Below the pieces are notes generated by a model. It was not told where the DNA came from. It searched no databases and worked only from the letters and a program-made list of their open reading frames with translations. Of a DNA stretch of 64,000 nt, positions 39,032 to 52,075 are shown in pieces (the first letter of the stretch is position 1; each line of letters begins with the position of its first letter). The stretch is from Felis catus (taxonomy: Eukaryota). The translations under genes were made by a program, and so were the position numbers. The stretch covers positions 99,884,001 through 99,948,000 of the forward strand of contig NC_058373.1 in the NCBI RefSeq assembly GCF_018350175.1, given 5' to 3'.

Positions 39032-40126
39032 AGTCTGGCTAAAGGTCTATCAATTTTATCTTTCCAAAAAATCACACCTTAGTTTCATTGATCTTTTCTA
39101 CTATTTTTTTAGTCTCTACTTCACTTATTTCCACTCTAATCTTTATTATTTCCTTCCTTCCGTAACTTTGGGCTTTGTTCTTTTTCCAGCTCCTTTAGGT
39201 ATAAGGGTGTATAAGTTTTCTTGTTCCTGAAGTAGGTCTATATTGCTATAGACTGCACTCTTAAAATTATTTTTGCTGCCTCTCAAACATTTTGAACCCA
39301 TGAGTTTCCATTTTCATTTGTCTCTAGTTTTTTGTTTTTTTTTTTAATTTGCTCTTTGATTTCTTTGTTGACCCACTGGTTGTTTGGTGATATGTTGTTT
39401 AACCACTATGTGTTTGTGGGGTTTTCTTCCAGCTTTTTTTCCTTCTATTTCTAGTTTCATACCATTGTGGTGGGAAAAATGCATGATATGATTTCATTCT
39501 TCTTAAGTTTATTGAGACTTGTTTTGTGGCCTAACCTGTCATCTTTCCTGGAGAATGTTCCATATGTACTTGAAATACATGTGTATTCTGTTGTTTTGTA
39601 TAAAATGTTCTGTATATATCTATTAAGTCCATCTAATGGAATATGTCATTCAAACTCACTGTTTCCTTATTGATTTTCAGTCTGGATGATCTTTCCATTG
39701 AAGTAACCGGAGTGTTAAAAGTCCCCTACTAGTATTGTATTACTGTCAATTTTTCCCTTTATGTCTGTTAATATTTGCTTTATATAATTAGGTGTTCCTA
39801 TGTTGGGTGCATAGATATTTACAACTGTTAAATCTTCTTGTTGGGTTGATCCCTTTGTTATTGTTATGCCCTTCACTGTTCCTTTTTACAGTCTTTGTTT
39901 TAATGTCTATATTTCCTGATAGAAGTATTATTACCCCAGCTTCATTTTGTTTCCATTTGCATGAAATACCTTTTTTCAATCTTTCACTTTCAGTCTGCAT
40001 CTGTAAGTCTGAAGTGAGTCTCTTGTAGGAAATATATAGATGGGTCTTACTTTTTTCATCTATTCAGTTACTCTGTGTCTTTTGATTGGAACATTTTTGC
40101 CTACTTAAATTTAAAGTAGTTATTGA

Positions 40127-40235
40127 GGGTTGCTTGGCTGGCTCAGTCAGTACAGCATGCAACACTTGATCTTGGGATTGTGTATTCAAACCCCACAATG
40201 GGTGTGGAGATTACTTAGAAATAAAATCTTAAAAA
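40127..40235 (+). mobile_element. short old-type Can-SINE lacking the CT tract
   Basis: gggttgcttggctggctcagtcagtacagcatgcaacacttgatcttggg...ttacttagaaataaaatcttaaaaaa. TSD aaa(g/a)ta(g/a)ttattga. Confidence 0.85.
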
Positions 40236-41420
40236 AAATAATTATTGATAAGTGTGTACTTATTGCCATTTTGTTAACATTTTTCTAGTTGTTTTTGTAG
40301 TTCCAATATGTTCCTTCCTTCTCTTGTCCTCTTTCCTTGTGATTTGATAACTTTCTTTAATGTTAGGATTCCTTTCTCCTTATTTTTTGAGTATCTATTA
40401 TAGATTTTTGGTTTGTGGTTACCATGAGGTTCATATAAAACACACTCTGTATAAAGTAGTCCATTTTAAATGGATGGTCACTTTAGTTTGAAAACATCCT
40501 AAAAGCACTACATGTTTACTAGTTTCTCCCGTCCCAAAGTTTTATGTCTTTGGTGTCATATTATGCATCTTTTTCTTTTGTGTATCCATTAACTAATAAC
40601 TTTAGAGATGGTAGATTTGACTACTTTTGTCTTTTAATATTCACTCTAGTTATAAGTGACTGATCCACTATCTTTATGTCTGCTTTTAACAGTGAGATTT
40701 TTTTCCTTTCATAACTTCCTTCTAGTTATGGCCTTTTCTTTTCCATTTAAATAAGTCTCTTTAACATTCCTTGTAAGGCTGGTTTACTGGTGATGAACAC
40801 CTTTAATATTTGTTTGTCTGGCAAATTCTTTGTCTTTCCTTCAATTGTGAATGATAACCTTGCCAAGTAGAGTATTCTAGGTTGAAAGGTTTTCCCTTCA
40901 GCACTTTGACTATATTATGCTATTCCCTTCTGGCCTGCAGAGTTTCTGCTGAAAAAATCAGCTGAGAGTTACATACAAGGGAATACCCGTAAGACTAGTT
41001 GATTTTCTCTTGCTGGTCTTAAGATTCTCTCTTCATCCTTAATTATTGTCATTTTAATGGTTTTGTCTTAGTGTGGACCTCTTTGGATTCACTTGGGGCT
41101 CTTTGTGCTTCCTAGATCTGCATGTCTATTTCCTTCCCCAGGTTAGGGAAGTTTTCAGCTATTATTTCTTCAAATGTTTTCTGCCCCTTTCTCCCTTAAG
41201 CATCCCATGCCCCCAGAATGCAAATGTTCATCTGCTTGTTGTCTCAGAGATCTATTAAACTATCATCATTTTAATTGTTTTTTTCTTTTTGCTTTTCAGC
41301 TTGAATGATTTGTACTACCCTTCCATCCATTCTTTGCATTCTCTAATCTACTTTGATTCCCTCTAACATTTTTTTCCTTTCAATTGTATTCTTCAGGTCT
41401 GATGGGTTCTTTTTTATAGT

Positions 41421-43885
41421 TTTTTTTTTTTAGATTCAAGTTTTTATTTACATTCTAGTTACTTAACATAGTGTAATATTAGTTTTAGAAATAAAATTTA
41501 GTGATTCATCACTTACATTTAACACCCAATGCTCAACACAAGTGCCCTTAATATCCATTACTGTTTTAACCCATCCCCCCACCCACCCACCTCTTCTCCG
41601 GCAACCCTCAATTTGTTCTCTATAGTTAAGAGTTTGTTTTATTGTTTGCCTCTCTTTTTGCTTCCCTATGTTCATCTGTTTCATTTCTTATATTCCACAT
41701 GAGTGAAATTATATGGTATTTGTCCTTCTCTGACTTATTTCGCTTAGCATAATATACTCTAGCTCCATCCATACTGTTGCAAATGGCAAGATTTCATTTT
41801 TTTTTGATGACTAATGTTCCATTTTATGTATGTATGTATGTATGTATGTATGTATGTATGTATATAACTATATAGACACACACACACATACATTTTCTTT
41901 ATACATTCATCAGTTGATGGACATTTGAGCTCTTTCCCTAATGTGGCTATTGTTGACAATGCTGCTATAAACATCAAGATGCATATATCCCATCAAACCA
42001 ATATTTTTATTTCGTCTGGATAAATATCTAGTAGTGTAACTGTTATATTGTAGGGTAGATCTATTTTTAACTTTTAGAGGAACCTTCATACTGTTATCCA
42101 GAGTGGCTGCACCAGTTTGCATTTCCAACAATGTTAAGGAGGTTCTCTTTCCTCCACATCCTCACCAACATCTGGTGTTTTGTGTATTGTTAATTTTAGC
42201 CATTCTGACAAGTGTGAACTGATACCTCACTGTAGTTTTGATTTGCATTTCCCTGATGATGAGTGATGTTGAGCATCTTTTCCTGTGTCTATTAGCCATC
42301 TGGATATCTTCTTTGGAAAAATGTCTATTCATGTCTTCAGGCCATATCTTAACTGGATTATTTGTTTTTTGGGTGTTCAGTTTGATAAGTTATTTATAAA
42401 TTTTGGATACTAACACATTATCAGATATGTATGTTGCAAGTATTTTCTCTATTCTGTAGGCTACTTTTTAGTATTGCCCATTGTTTCTTTCCCTGTGCAG
42501 ATTTTTATCTTGATGAAGTCCCAATAGTTCACTTTTATTTTTGTTTTCCTTGCCTGTGGAAATGTCTCTAGTAAGAAGTTGCTATGACTGATGTCACAAA
42601 GAGGCTGTGTTCTCCTCTAGGATTTTTGAGGGTTTCCTGTCTCATATTCAGGTCTTTCATCCATTTTGAATTTATTTTTGTGTATGGTATAAAAAACTGG
42701 TCCAGTTTCTTTTTTTTGCATGTTGCTATCTAGTTTTCCCAACACCATTTGATGAAGAGGCTGTCTTTTTTCCAATGGATATTCCTTCCTGCTTTGTCAA
42801 ATAGTTGACCATATACTTGTGAGTCCATTTCTGGGCATTTTATTCTATTCTATTGATCTATGTGTCTGTTTTTATGCCAGTACCATACTGTCTTGATCAC
42901 TACATCTTTGTAACATAACTTAAAGTCTGGAATTGTGATGCCTTCAGGTTTGCTTTTCTTTTTTAAGATTGCTTTGGCTATTTTGCATCTTTTCTGGTTC
43001 CATACAAATTTTAGGATTGTTTGTTCTAGCTTTGTGAAAAATGCTAGGGTTATTTTGAAGCATTTGGTGGAATGTTTTGTTGGATTTTTCATACAGAGTA
43101 TCATGTTGTCTGTGAAGAGTGAAAGTTTGACCTCCTCCTGGACGATTTGGATGTCTTTTATTTGTGTTGTTTGATTGCTGAGGCTAAGACTTCCAAAAAT
43201 ATGTTGAATAACAGTGGTGAGAGTGGACATCCCTGTCTTGTTACTGACCTTGGGGGAAGGCTCTTTGTTTTTCCCCACTAAGGATGATATTAGCATTGGG
43301 TCTTTCATACATAGCTTTTATGATCTCGAGGTATGATCCTACTATCCCTACTTTCTTAAGAGTTTTTATCAAGAAAGGATGCTGTATTTTGTCAAATGCT
43401 TTCTCTGCATCCATTGAGAGGATCATGTGGTTCTTGTCCTTTCTTTTATTGATATGATGAATCATATTGATTGTTTTGTGGATATTGAACCAGCCCTGCA
43501 TCCCAGGTATAAATCACTTGGTTGTGGGGAATAATTTTTTTAATGTGTTGTTGGATCTGGTTGGCTAATAACTTGTTGAAGATTTTTGCATCCATGTTCA
43601 TCAGGAAAGTTGGTCTATAGTTTTCCTTTTTAGTGGGGTCTTTGTCTGCTTTTGGCATCAAGGTGATGCTGGCTTCATAGAAAGAGTTTGGAAGTTTTCC
43701 TTCCATTTCTATTTTTTGGAACAGCTTCAAGAGAATAGGTATTAACTCTTCCTTAAATTTTTGGTAGAATACCCCTGGAAAGCAATCTGGCCCTGGACTC
43801 TGGTTTTTAGGGAAAGTTTTGATTACTAATTCAATTTCTTTACTGGTTATGGGTCTGTTCAAATTTTCTATTTCTTCCTGTTTCA
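41421..43885 (-). mobile_element. carnivore L1 3' half with a discontinuity at about 43060
   Basis: Poly-T and 3' UTR, then ORF2 ORFs 42850..43308, 43241..43501 and 43446..43934. The protein jumps from [10 protein letters not shown] to [12 protein letters not shown]. Confidence 0.88.
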
Positions 43886-44308
43886 GAAGACATCCAGATG
43901 GCCAACCAACACATGAAATAATGCTCCACATCACTCATCATCAGGGAAATACAAATCAAAATCATAATGAGATACCACCTCACACCTGTCAGAATGGCTA
44001 ACATTAACAACTGATGCAACAACAGATGTTAGTGAGGATGCAGAGAAATAGGATCTCTTTTGCACTGCTGGTGGGAATGCAAACTGGTGCAGCCATTCTA
44101 GAAAACAGTATGGAGGCTCTTCAAAAAGCTAAAAACAGAACTACCCTATGACCCAGCAATTGCACTACTAGGTATTTATCCAAGGGATACAGGAGTGCTG
44201 ATGCACAGGGGCACTTGTACCCCAGTGTTTATAGCAGCACTATCAACAATAGCCAAAGTATGGAAAGAGCCCAAAGGTCCATCTCTGGATGAATGGATAC
44301 AGAAGATG

Positions 44309-44352
<44 letters not shown>

Positions 44353-44740
44353 ACACAATGGAGTATTAATCAGCAATCAAAAAGAATGAAACCTTGCCAT
44401 TTGCAACTACATGGATGGAACTAGAGGGTATTATGCTAAGCTAAATTAGAGAAAGACAAATATCATATGACCTCACTCATATGAGGACTTTAAGATACAA
44501 AACAGATGAACATAAGGGAAGGAAAGCAAAAATAATATAAAAACAGGGAGGAGAACAAAACATAAGAGACTTATAAATATGGGGAACAAACAGAGGGTTA
44601 CTGGAGGGGTTGTGGGAGGGGAGATGGGCTAAATGGGTAAGAAGCATTAAGGAATCTACTCCTGAAATCATTGTTGTACTATATGCTACCTAACTTGGAT
44701 GTAAAATAAAAAAGTAAATAAAAATAAAAATAAATAAGTA
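43885..44740 (+). mobile_element. felid L1 3' end, joined directly to the opposite-strand L1 segment
   Basis: Starts agaagacatccagatggcc. Same 3' UTR type as 32228-33667. A-rich tail at 44703-44740 and (TG)n at about 44310-44350. Confidence 0.92.
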
Positions 44741-45196
44741 AATTCTCAACCCAGATCTATTTTCTTGTGGTTCCAAATTCTGGCTCTGGACTAAAGGAGA
44801 TGCTGGTTGGAATCTAAGCTTCCTCATTTACTGGTTAATTATGTGACTTTGAACTAGTTATCTTACTCTTCTAGAGTAACAATACTTCCTATGACTCTTA
44901 GGAGAATTCATGAGATATCACATGTGAATCACTAAGCATTTAATAAATATTAGTTACTATCATTAAACTTAATGGTAGTAATTTATGGGAGTAATAAATA
45001 CCCCCAAAAAGATTGTCCCATGGATAGTTCTACCAACATATTAATATTTAGGATACTTATAAACATTACAATTCAATTAATTTTAGCATTCATTAGTTAT
45101 AATATAACTAATGAATTAGTTACATTCATTAGTTATAATATAAGTTTAAAAATCTATGAAAATATAGGACTTTGTGTATTAAAACAGAAAACTTAC

Positions 45197-45387
45197 TTAT
45201 AGGACTCTCAAGTCCTGCTTCTAACTTCTTAAGCCACAGTAAAAGGTTTTGTTCGGTGATGGCCTGTTCTGAAGGAAATGCAAATACCTGGCCACCTGAA
45301 TGCAGATTCACCACAACAATAAGAGGAAGGGGAGGCAGAGCATTAAAGTATGTCTGTAGGATTCCTCTTCCCGCAGGAGTATTCTTT
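45197..45387 (-). CDS. TXNDC16: TXNDC16 penultimate coding exon (191 nt)
   Basis: ccttttgtag|A AAG AAT ... ATA A|gtaagt. The first base completes CTA (Leu) from the previous exon, then [63 protein letters not shown]. Overlaps ORF 45129..45314. Confidence 0.95.
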
Positions 45388-45905
45388 CTACAAAAGGGAG
45401 CAATTGAATATGTTAGTATTTCTTTCTATAATAAAATTATGAAAATAACAGTTTGTATAACATTAAACTTTAAATATAGTATCACATCATTAGGTTTATA
45501 AAAAGATGTCCTAAAAACTAAGAGGTCTATAACTATGTTATTAGTAGTCAGATTCTGAAAGAAATGGGCACTGTGTTTCTCTTAGGAGAAAAAAAAGACA
45601 GTCAGTGATATTTTCATGAAAGCCAGTCATAGTTCAAAGATTTGTCAATTTAGGTTTGATATAATCATTAGGCTCCTCCCAAAGTTGAGCTAAGTGATCA
45701 CATGTCAACTCAAAAATTAAATGGTTACAAACTATAAAATAAGATACTTATAATAAATACTACAAATAAAATTGTTTTTCCTCAGATAAAAAGAGAATTT
45801 AATTTAATTTAATTTAATTTAATTAATTTAATTTAAAATTAAAAATACTTTTCAAAATTATGAACAAACATGGAAACCATAACTTTTAAGATACCCAGCT
45901 TTCCT

Positions 45906-46124
45906 GGGGCACCTGGGAGGCTCAGTCAGGTAAGTGTCCAGCTTCAGCTCAGGTCCTGATCTCACAGTTCATGGGTTGGAGTCCCGTGTCGGGCTCTGTG
46001 CTGATAGCTCAGAACCTGGAGCCTGCTTCAGATTCTATGTCTCCCTTGCTCTCTGCCCCTCCCCCGCCTGCACTCTGTCTTTCTCTCTCTCTCAAAAATA
46101 AATAAACATTAAACAATTTTTTTA
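45906..46124 (+). mobile_element. Can-SINE (left member of a SINE-L1-L1-SINE block)
   Basis: Full SINE preceded by ttttaagatacccagctttcct. Confidence 0.94.
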
Positions 46125-46129
46125 GGGGC

Positions 46130-49100
46130 TGAAGCATGGAAGATGGTGGCGTAGGAGGAGGCTGGGCTCACCTCATCCTGCTGATCGCTTAGATTCCAAC
46201 CCACATCTGCCTAAATAAGCCAGAAAACTGCCAGACTAGCAGAACAGACTCTCTGGAGCCAAGCGTAGACAAGAGGCCCACGGAAGAAGGTAGGGAAGGT
46301 GGAGAGGCGGTGCATGCTACAAGGACTGGTAGGAAGGAGTCAGGGCACTGGAGGGGGAGCCTGTGGGGCAAGGCAGAGCTCCCAAAGTCCGGCTCACAAA
46401 AGTAGAGGGGCCGGACTGCGTGAGTTCTGATAGCCAGAGGGACTTAATTTCTGGAATGTTAATAGTCAACAGCTCTGCTCTCCAAGAGCAGGGAGGGCAA
46501 GAGGATGCTGGGAGAGAGAGTTGTTGAGCCCTGGAAGACAGAGCTCAGCTGGGCAGGGAACAAAGGCAGAGGCAAACACCATTTCCCTCTCCCATCCCCC
46601 AGCCAAAATTCCAAAGGGAACCAGTTCCCGTCACCGAACTTGCTTGCACCACGCAAACACCCAACGCTGTGCTTCTGTGCATCCATCCCTCTGACGGGTC
46701 TGCCTCCCTCCCGGAGCTACAGGGCTGCTCCTGCAGGAGACCACCCACTGCAAAGCTAGGTAAGCCTGCCCCTCCTGCCCCTGTGCACCTTGTGGATCCA
46801 CCCCAGCTAATATGCCCTTGGCCAGATCCCATCGAAGCAGCACCACAAGCCTGGCAGTGTGCAAGTAGCCCAGGCAGGGGCCACACCACTCCACAGTGAG
46901 TCCTGACCCTGGGAGAGGGGAAGATAAGGTTCATACCAGTCTAACTGTGGCCCCAGTGGTGGGCTGGGGGCAGACATCAGGTCTGACTGTGGCCCTGCCA
47001 ACCAACACAAGTTACTGCCTACAGCACAGGGGAAGTGCCCTGCAGTTTGGAGTTACTGCAGGGACTACCCAAAATGATGAAACGGAAGAATTATTCTCAA
47101 AAGAAACTCCAGGAAGTAGCAACAGCTAACGAATTGATCAAAACTGATTTAAGCAATATAATAGAAAAATAATTTAGAATAATAGTCATAAAATTAATCA
47201 CTGGGTTGGAAAAAACAGAGGACAGCAGAGATCTATTGCTAGAGAAATCAAGGGACTAAGAAATAGTCATGAGACATTAAAAAATGTTATAAATGAGGTG
47301 CAAAATAAATGGAGATGGCCATAACACGGACTGAAGAGGCAGAGGAGAGAATAGGTGAATTAGAAGATAAAATTATGCTAAAAGAGGAAGCTGAGAGAAA
47401 GAGAGATAAAAAAAAAATCCAAGAGTATGAGGGGAGAATTAGAGAACTAAGTAATGCAATCAAACAGAACAATATCTGTATCATAGGAATTCCAGAAGAA
47501 GAAGAGAGAAAGAGGAAGAAGGTATACTTGAACAAATCATAGCTGAGAACTTCCCTGATCTGGGGAAGGAAAAAGGCACTGAAATCCAAATGTCACAGAG
47601 AACTCCCTTCAGATGTAACTTGAATCAATCTGCACTACATATCAGTGAAACTGGAAAAATACAAGGATAAAGAGAAAATTGTGAAAGCAGCTAAGGGTAA
47701 ACAGGCTCTAACTTATAAAGGGAGACCTATAGGACTAGTGGCAGACCTATCTACTGAAACTTGGCAGGCCAGAAAGGAATGGCAGGAAATCTTCAATGTG
47801 ATGAACAGAAAAAATATGCAGCTGAGAATCCTTTATCCAGCAAGTCTGTCATTCAGAAGAGAAGGAGAGATAAAGGTCTTCCCAAACAAACAAAAACTGA
47901 AGGAATTCATCACCACTAAACCAGCCCTACAAGAGATCCTAAGGGGGATTCTGTGAATGAAATGTTGCAAGGACCACAAAGTATCAGAGACATCACTACA
48001 AGCATGAAACCTACAGACACCACAATGACTCTAAATCCATATCTTTGAATAATAACACCGAATGTAAATGGACTCAATGCTCCAACCAAAGCACACAGGG
48101 TATCAGAATGGATAAAACAACAAGACCCATCTATTTGCTGTCTACAAGAGATTCACTTTAGACCTGAGGACACCTTCAGATTGAAAGTGAGGGGATGGAG
48201 AACTATCTATCATGCTACTGGAAGTCAAAAGAAAGCTGCAGTAGCCATACTTATATCAGACAAACTAGACTTTAAAGGCTGTAACCAGAGATGAAGAAGG
48301 GCATTATATAATAATTACAGGGTCTATCCATCAGGAAGAGCTAACAATTATAAATGTCTATGTTCCAAATATGGGAGCCCCCAAATATATAAAACAATTC
48401 ATCACAAATGTAAACAACCTTATTGATAAGAATGTGGTAACTGCAGGGGATTTTAATACCCCACTTACAACTATGGACAGATCATCTAGACACAGGATCA
48501 ATAAAGAAACAAGGGCCCTGAATAATACATTGGATCCGATGGACTTGACAGATGTATTTAGAACTCTGCATCCCAAAGCAATAGAATATACTTTCTTCTC
48601 GAGTGCACATGGAACAGTCTCCAAGATAGATCACATACTGGGTCACAAAACAGCCCTTCATAAGTATAAAGAATTGAGATCATATCATGCACACTTTCAG
48701 ACCACAATGCCATGAAACTTGAAATCAGCCACAGGAAAAAAGTCTGAAAACCCTCCAAAAGTTTGGAGGTTAAAGAACACACTACTAAAGAATGAATGGG
48801 TCCACCAGGCAATTAGAGAAGAAATTAAACAATATATGGAAACAAATGAAAATGAAAATACAACAATCCAAATGCTTTGGGATGCAACGAAGGCAGTCCT
48901 GAGGGGAAAATACATTGCAATCCAGGCCTATCTCAAGAAACAAGAAAAATCCCAAATACAAAATCTAACAGCACACCTAAAGGAACTAGAAGCAGAACAG
49001 CAAAGGCAGCCTAAACCCAGCAGAAGAAGAGAAATAATAGAGATTAGAGCAGAAATAAACAATATAGAATCTAAAAAAACTGTAGAGCAGATCAACGAAA

Positions 49101-52075
49101 CTGGTTTTTTGAAAAAATAAACAAAATTGACAAACCTCTAGCCAGGCTTCTCAAAAAGAAAAGGGAGATGACCCAAATAGATAAAATCATGAATGAAAAT
49201 GGAATTATGACAACCAATCCCTCAGAGATACAAGCAATTATCAGAGAATACTATGAAAAATTATATGCCAACAAATTGGACAACCTGGAAGAAATGGCCA
49301 AATTCCTAAACACCCACACTCTTCCAACTTCAATCAGGAGGAAATAGAAAGCTTGAACAGACCCATAACCAGCAAAGAAATTGAATCGGTTATCAAAAAT
49401 CTCCCAACAAATAAGAGTCCAGGACCAGATGGCTTCCCAGGGGAGTTCTACCAGACGTTTAAAGCAGAGATAATACCTATTCTTCTCAAGCTATTCAAAG
49501 AAATAGAAATGGAAGGAAAAATTCCAGACTCAATCTATGAAGACAGTATTATTTTGATTCCTAAACTAGACAGAGACCCAGTAAAAAAAGAGAACTACAG
49601 GCCAATATCTCTGATGAATATGGATGCAAAAATTCTCAACAAGATACTAGCAAATCAAATTCAACAGCATATAAAAAGAATTATTCACTATGATCAAGTG
49701 GGATTATATTCCCAGGCTGCAGGGCTGGTTCAACATTTGCAAATCAATCAATGTGATACATCACATTAATAAAAGAAAAGATAAGAACCATATGATCCTG
49801 TCAATCGATGCAGAAAAGGCCTTTGACAAAATTCAGCACCCTTTCTTAATAAAAACCCTCGAGAAAGTCGGGAGAGAAGGAACATACTTAAAGATCATAA
49901 AAGCCATTTATGAAAAGCCCACAGCTAACATCATTCTCAATGGGGAAAAACTGAGAGCTTTTTCCCTGAGATCAGGAACACGACAGGGATGTCCACTCTC
50001 ACCGCTGTTGTTTAACATAGTGTTGGAAGTTCTAGCATCAGCAATCAGACAACAAAAGGAAATCAAAGGCATCAAAATTGGCAAAGATGAAGTCAAGCTT
50101 TCACTTTTTGCAGATGACATGATACTATACATGGAAAATCCGATAGACTCCACCAAAAGTCTGCTAGAACTGATACATGAATTCAGCAAAGTTGCAGGAT
50201 ACAAAATCAATGTACAGAAATCAGTTGCATTCTTATACACTAACAATGAAGCAACAGAAAGACAAATAAAGAAACTGATCCCATTCACAATTTCACCAAG
50301 AAGCATAAAATAACTAGGAATAAATCTAACCAAAGATGTAAAAGATCTGTATGCTGAAAACTATAGAAAGCTTATGAAGGTAATTGAAGAAGATATAAAG
50401 AAATGGAAAGACATTCCCTGCTCATGGAATGGAAGAATAAACATTGTCAAAATGTCAATACTACCCAAAGCTATCTACACATTCAATGCAATCCCAATCA
50501 AAACTGCACCAGCATTCTTCTCGAAACTAGAACAAGCAATCCTAAAATTCATATGGAACCACAAAAGGCCCCGAATAGCCAAAGTAATTTTGAGGAAGAA
50601 GACCAAAGCAGGAGGCATCACAATCCCAGACTTTAGCCTCTACTACAAAGCTCTAATCATCAAGACAGCATGGTATTGGCACAAAAACAGACACATAGAC
50701 CAATGGAATAGAATAGAAACCCCAGAACTAGACCCACAAATGTATGGCCAACTCATCTTTGACAAAGCAGGAAAGAATATCCAATAAAAAGACAGTCTCT
50801 GTAACAAATGGTGCTGGGAGAACTGGACAGCAACATGCAGAAGGTTGAAACTAGACCACTTTCTCACACCATTCACAAAAATAAACTCCAAATGGATAAA
50901 GGACCTGAATGTGAGACAGGAAACCATCAAAACCCTAAAGGACAAAGCAGGAAAAGACCTCTCTGACCTCAGCCGTAGCAATCTCTTACTCGACACATCC
51001 CCAAAGGCAAGAGAATTAAAAGCAAAAATGAATTACTGGGACCTTATGAAGATAAAAAGCTTCTGCACTGCAATGGAAACAACCAACAAAACTAAAAGGC
51101 AACCAATGGAATGGGAAAAGATATTTGCCATTGACATATCGGACAAAGGGCTAGTATCCAAAATCTATAAAGAGCTCACCAAACTCCACACCCAAAAAAC
51201 AAATAATCCAGTGAAGAAATGGGCAGAAAACATGAATAGACACTTCTCTAAAGAAGACATCCAGATGGCCAACAGGCACATGAAAAGATGCTCAACGTCG
51301 CTCCTCATCAGGGAAATACAAATCAAAACCACGCTCAGATATCACCTCACGCCAGTCAGAGTGGCCAAAATGAACAAATCAGGAGACTAAAGATGCTGGA
51401 GAGGATGTGGAGAAACGGGAACCCTCTTGCACTGTTGGTGGGAATGCAAACTGGTGCAGCCACTCTGGAAACAGTGTGGTGGTTCCTCAAAACACTAAAA
51501 ATAGACCTACCCTATGACCCAGCAGTAGCACTGCTAGGAATTTACCCAAGGGATACAGGAGTACTGATGCATAGGGGCACTTGTACCCCAATGTTTATAG
51601 CAGCACTCTCAACAATAGCCAAATTATGGAAAGAGCCTAAATGTCCATCAACTGATGAATGGATAAAGAAATTGTGGTTTATATACACAATGGAGTATTA
51701 CATGGCAATGAGAAAGAACGAAATATGGCCCTTTGTAGCAATGTGGATGGAACTGGAGAGTGTGATGCTAAGTGAAATAAGCCATACAGAGAAAGACAGA
51801 TACCATATGTTTTCACTCTTGTGTGGATCCTGAGAAACTTAACAGAAACCCATGGGGGAGGGGAAGGAAAAAAAAAAAAGAGGTTAGAGTGGGAGAGAGC
51901 CAAAGCATAAGAGACTCTTAAAAACAGAGAACAAAATGAGGATTGATGGGGGTGGGAGGGAGGGGACGGTTGGTGATGGGTATTGAGGAGGGCACTTTTT
52001 GGGATGAGCACTGGGTGTTGTATGGAAACCAATTTGACAATAAATTTCATATATTGGAAAAAAAATTAAAAAAAC
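46130..52075 (+). mobile_element. full-length-structure felid L1 (5' UTR, ORF1 ~47074-47956, ORF2 ~48025-51833, 3' UTR), inactive, antisense to TXNDC16
   Basis: GC-rich 5' UTR, ORF1 pieces (47309, 47645), endonuclease (AGDFNTPL, SKIDHILG), RT ([20 protein letters not shown]) and Cys-rich C-terminus. Multiple stops and frameshifts. Confidence 0.96.

Larger units (their letters stand above)
35891..41420 (-). mobile_element. older L1 (L1MA9/L1_Carn-like), 3' UTR through ORF2 into ORF1, sense to TXNDC16
   Basis: 3' end ttaaattgaagtactgttgacatacaatatt. ORF2 pieces 36506..36736, 38310..38504 ([25 protein letters not shown]) and 38501..38743. Confidence 0.9.

Noticed and set aside
46130..52075. Retrotransposition-competent L1
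   Set aside because: ORF1 and ORF2 are broken by several stops and frameshifts (for example stops ending at 50313, 50787 and 51390).
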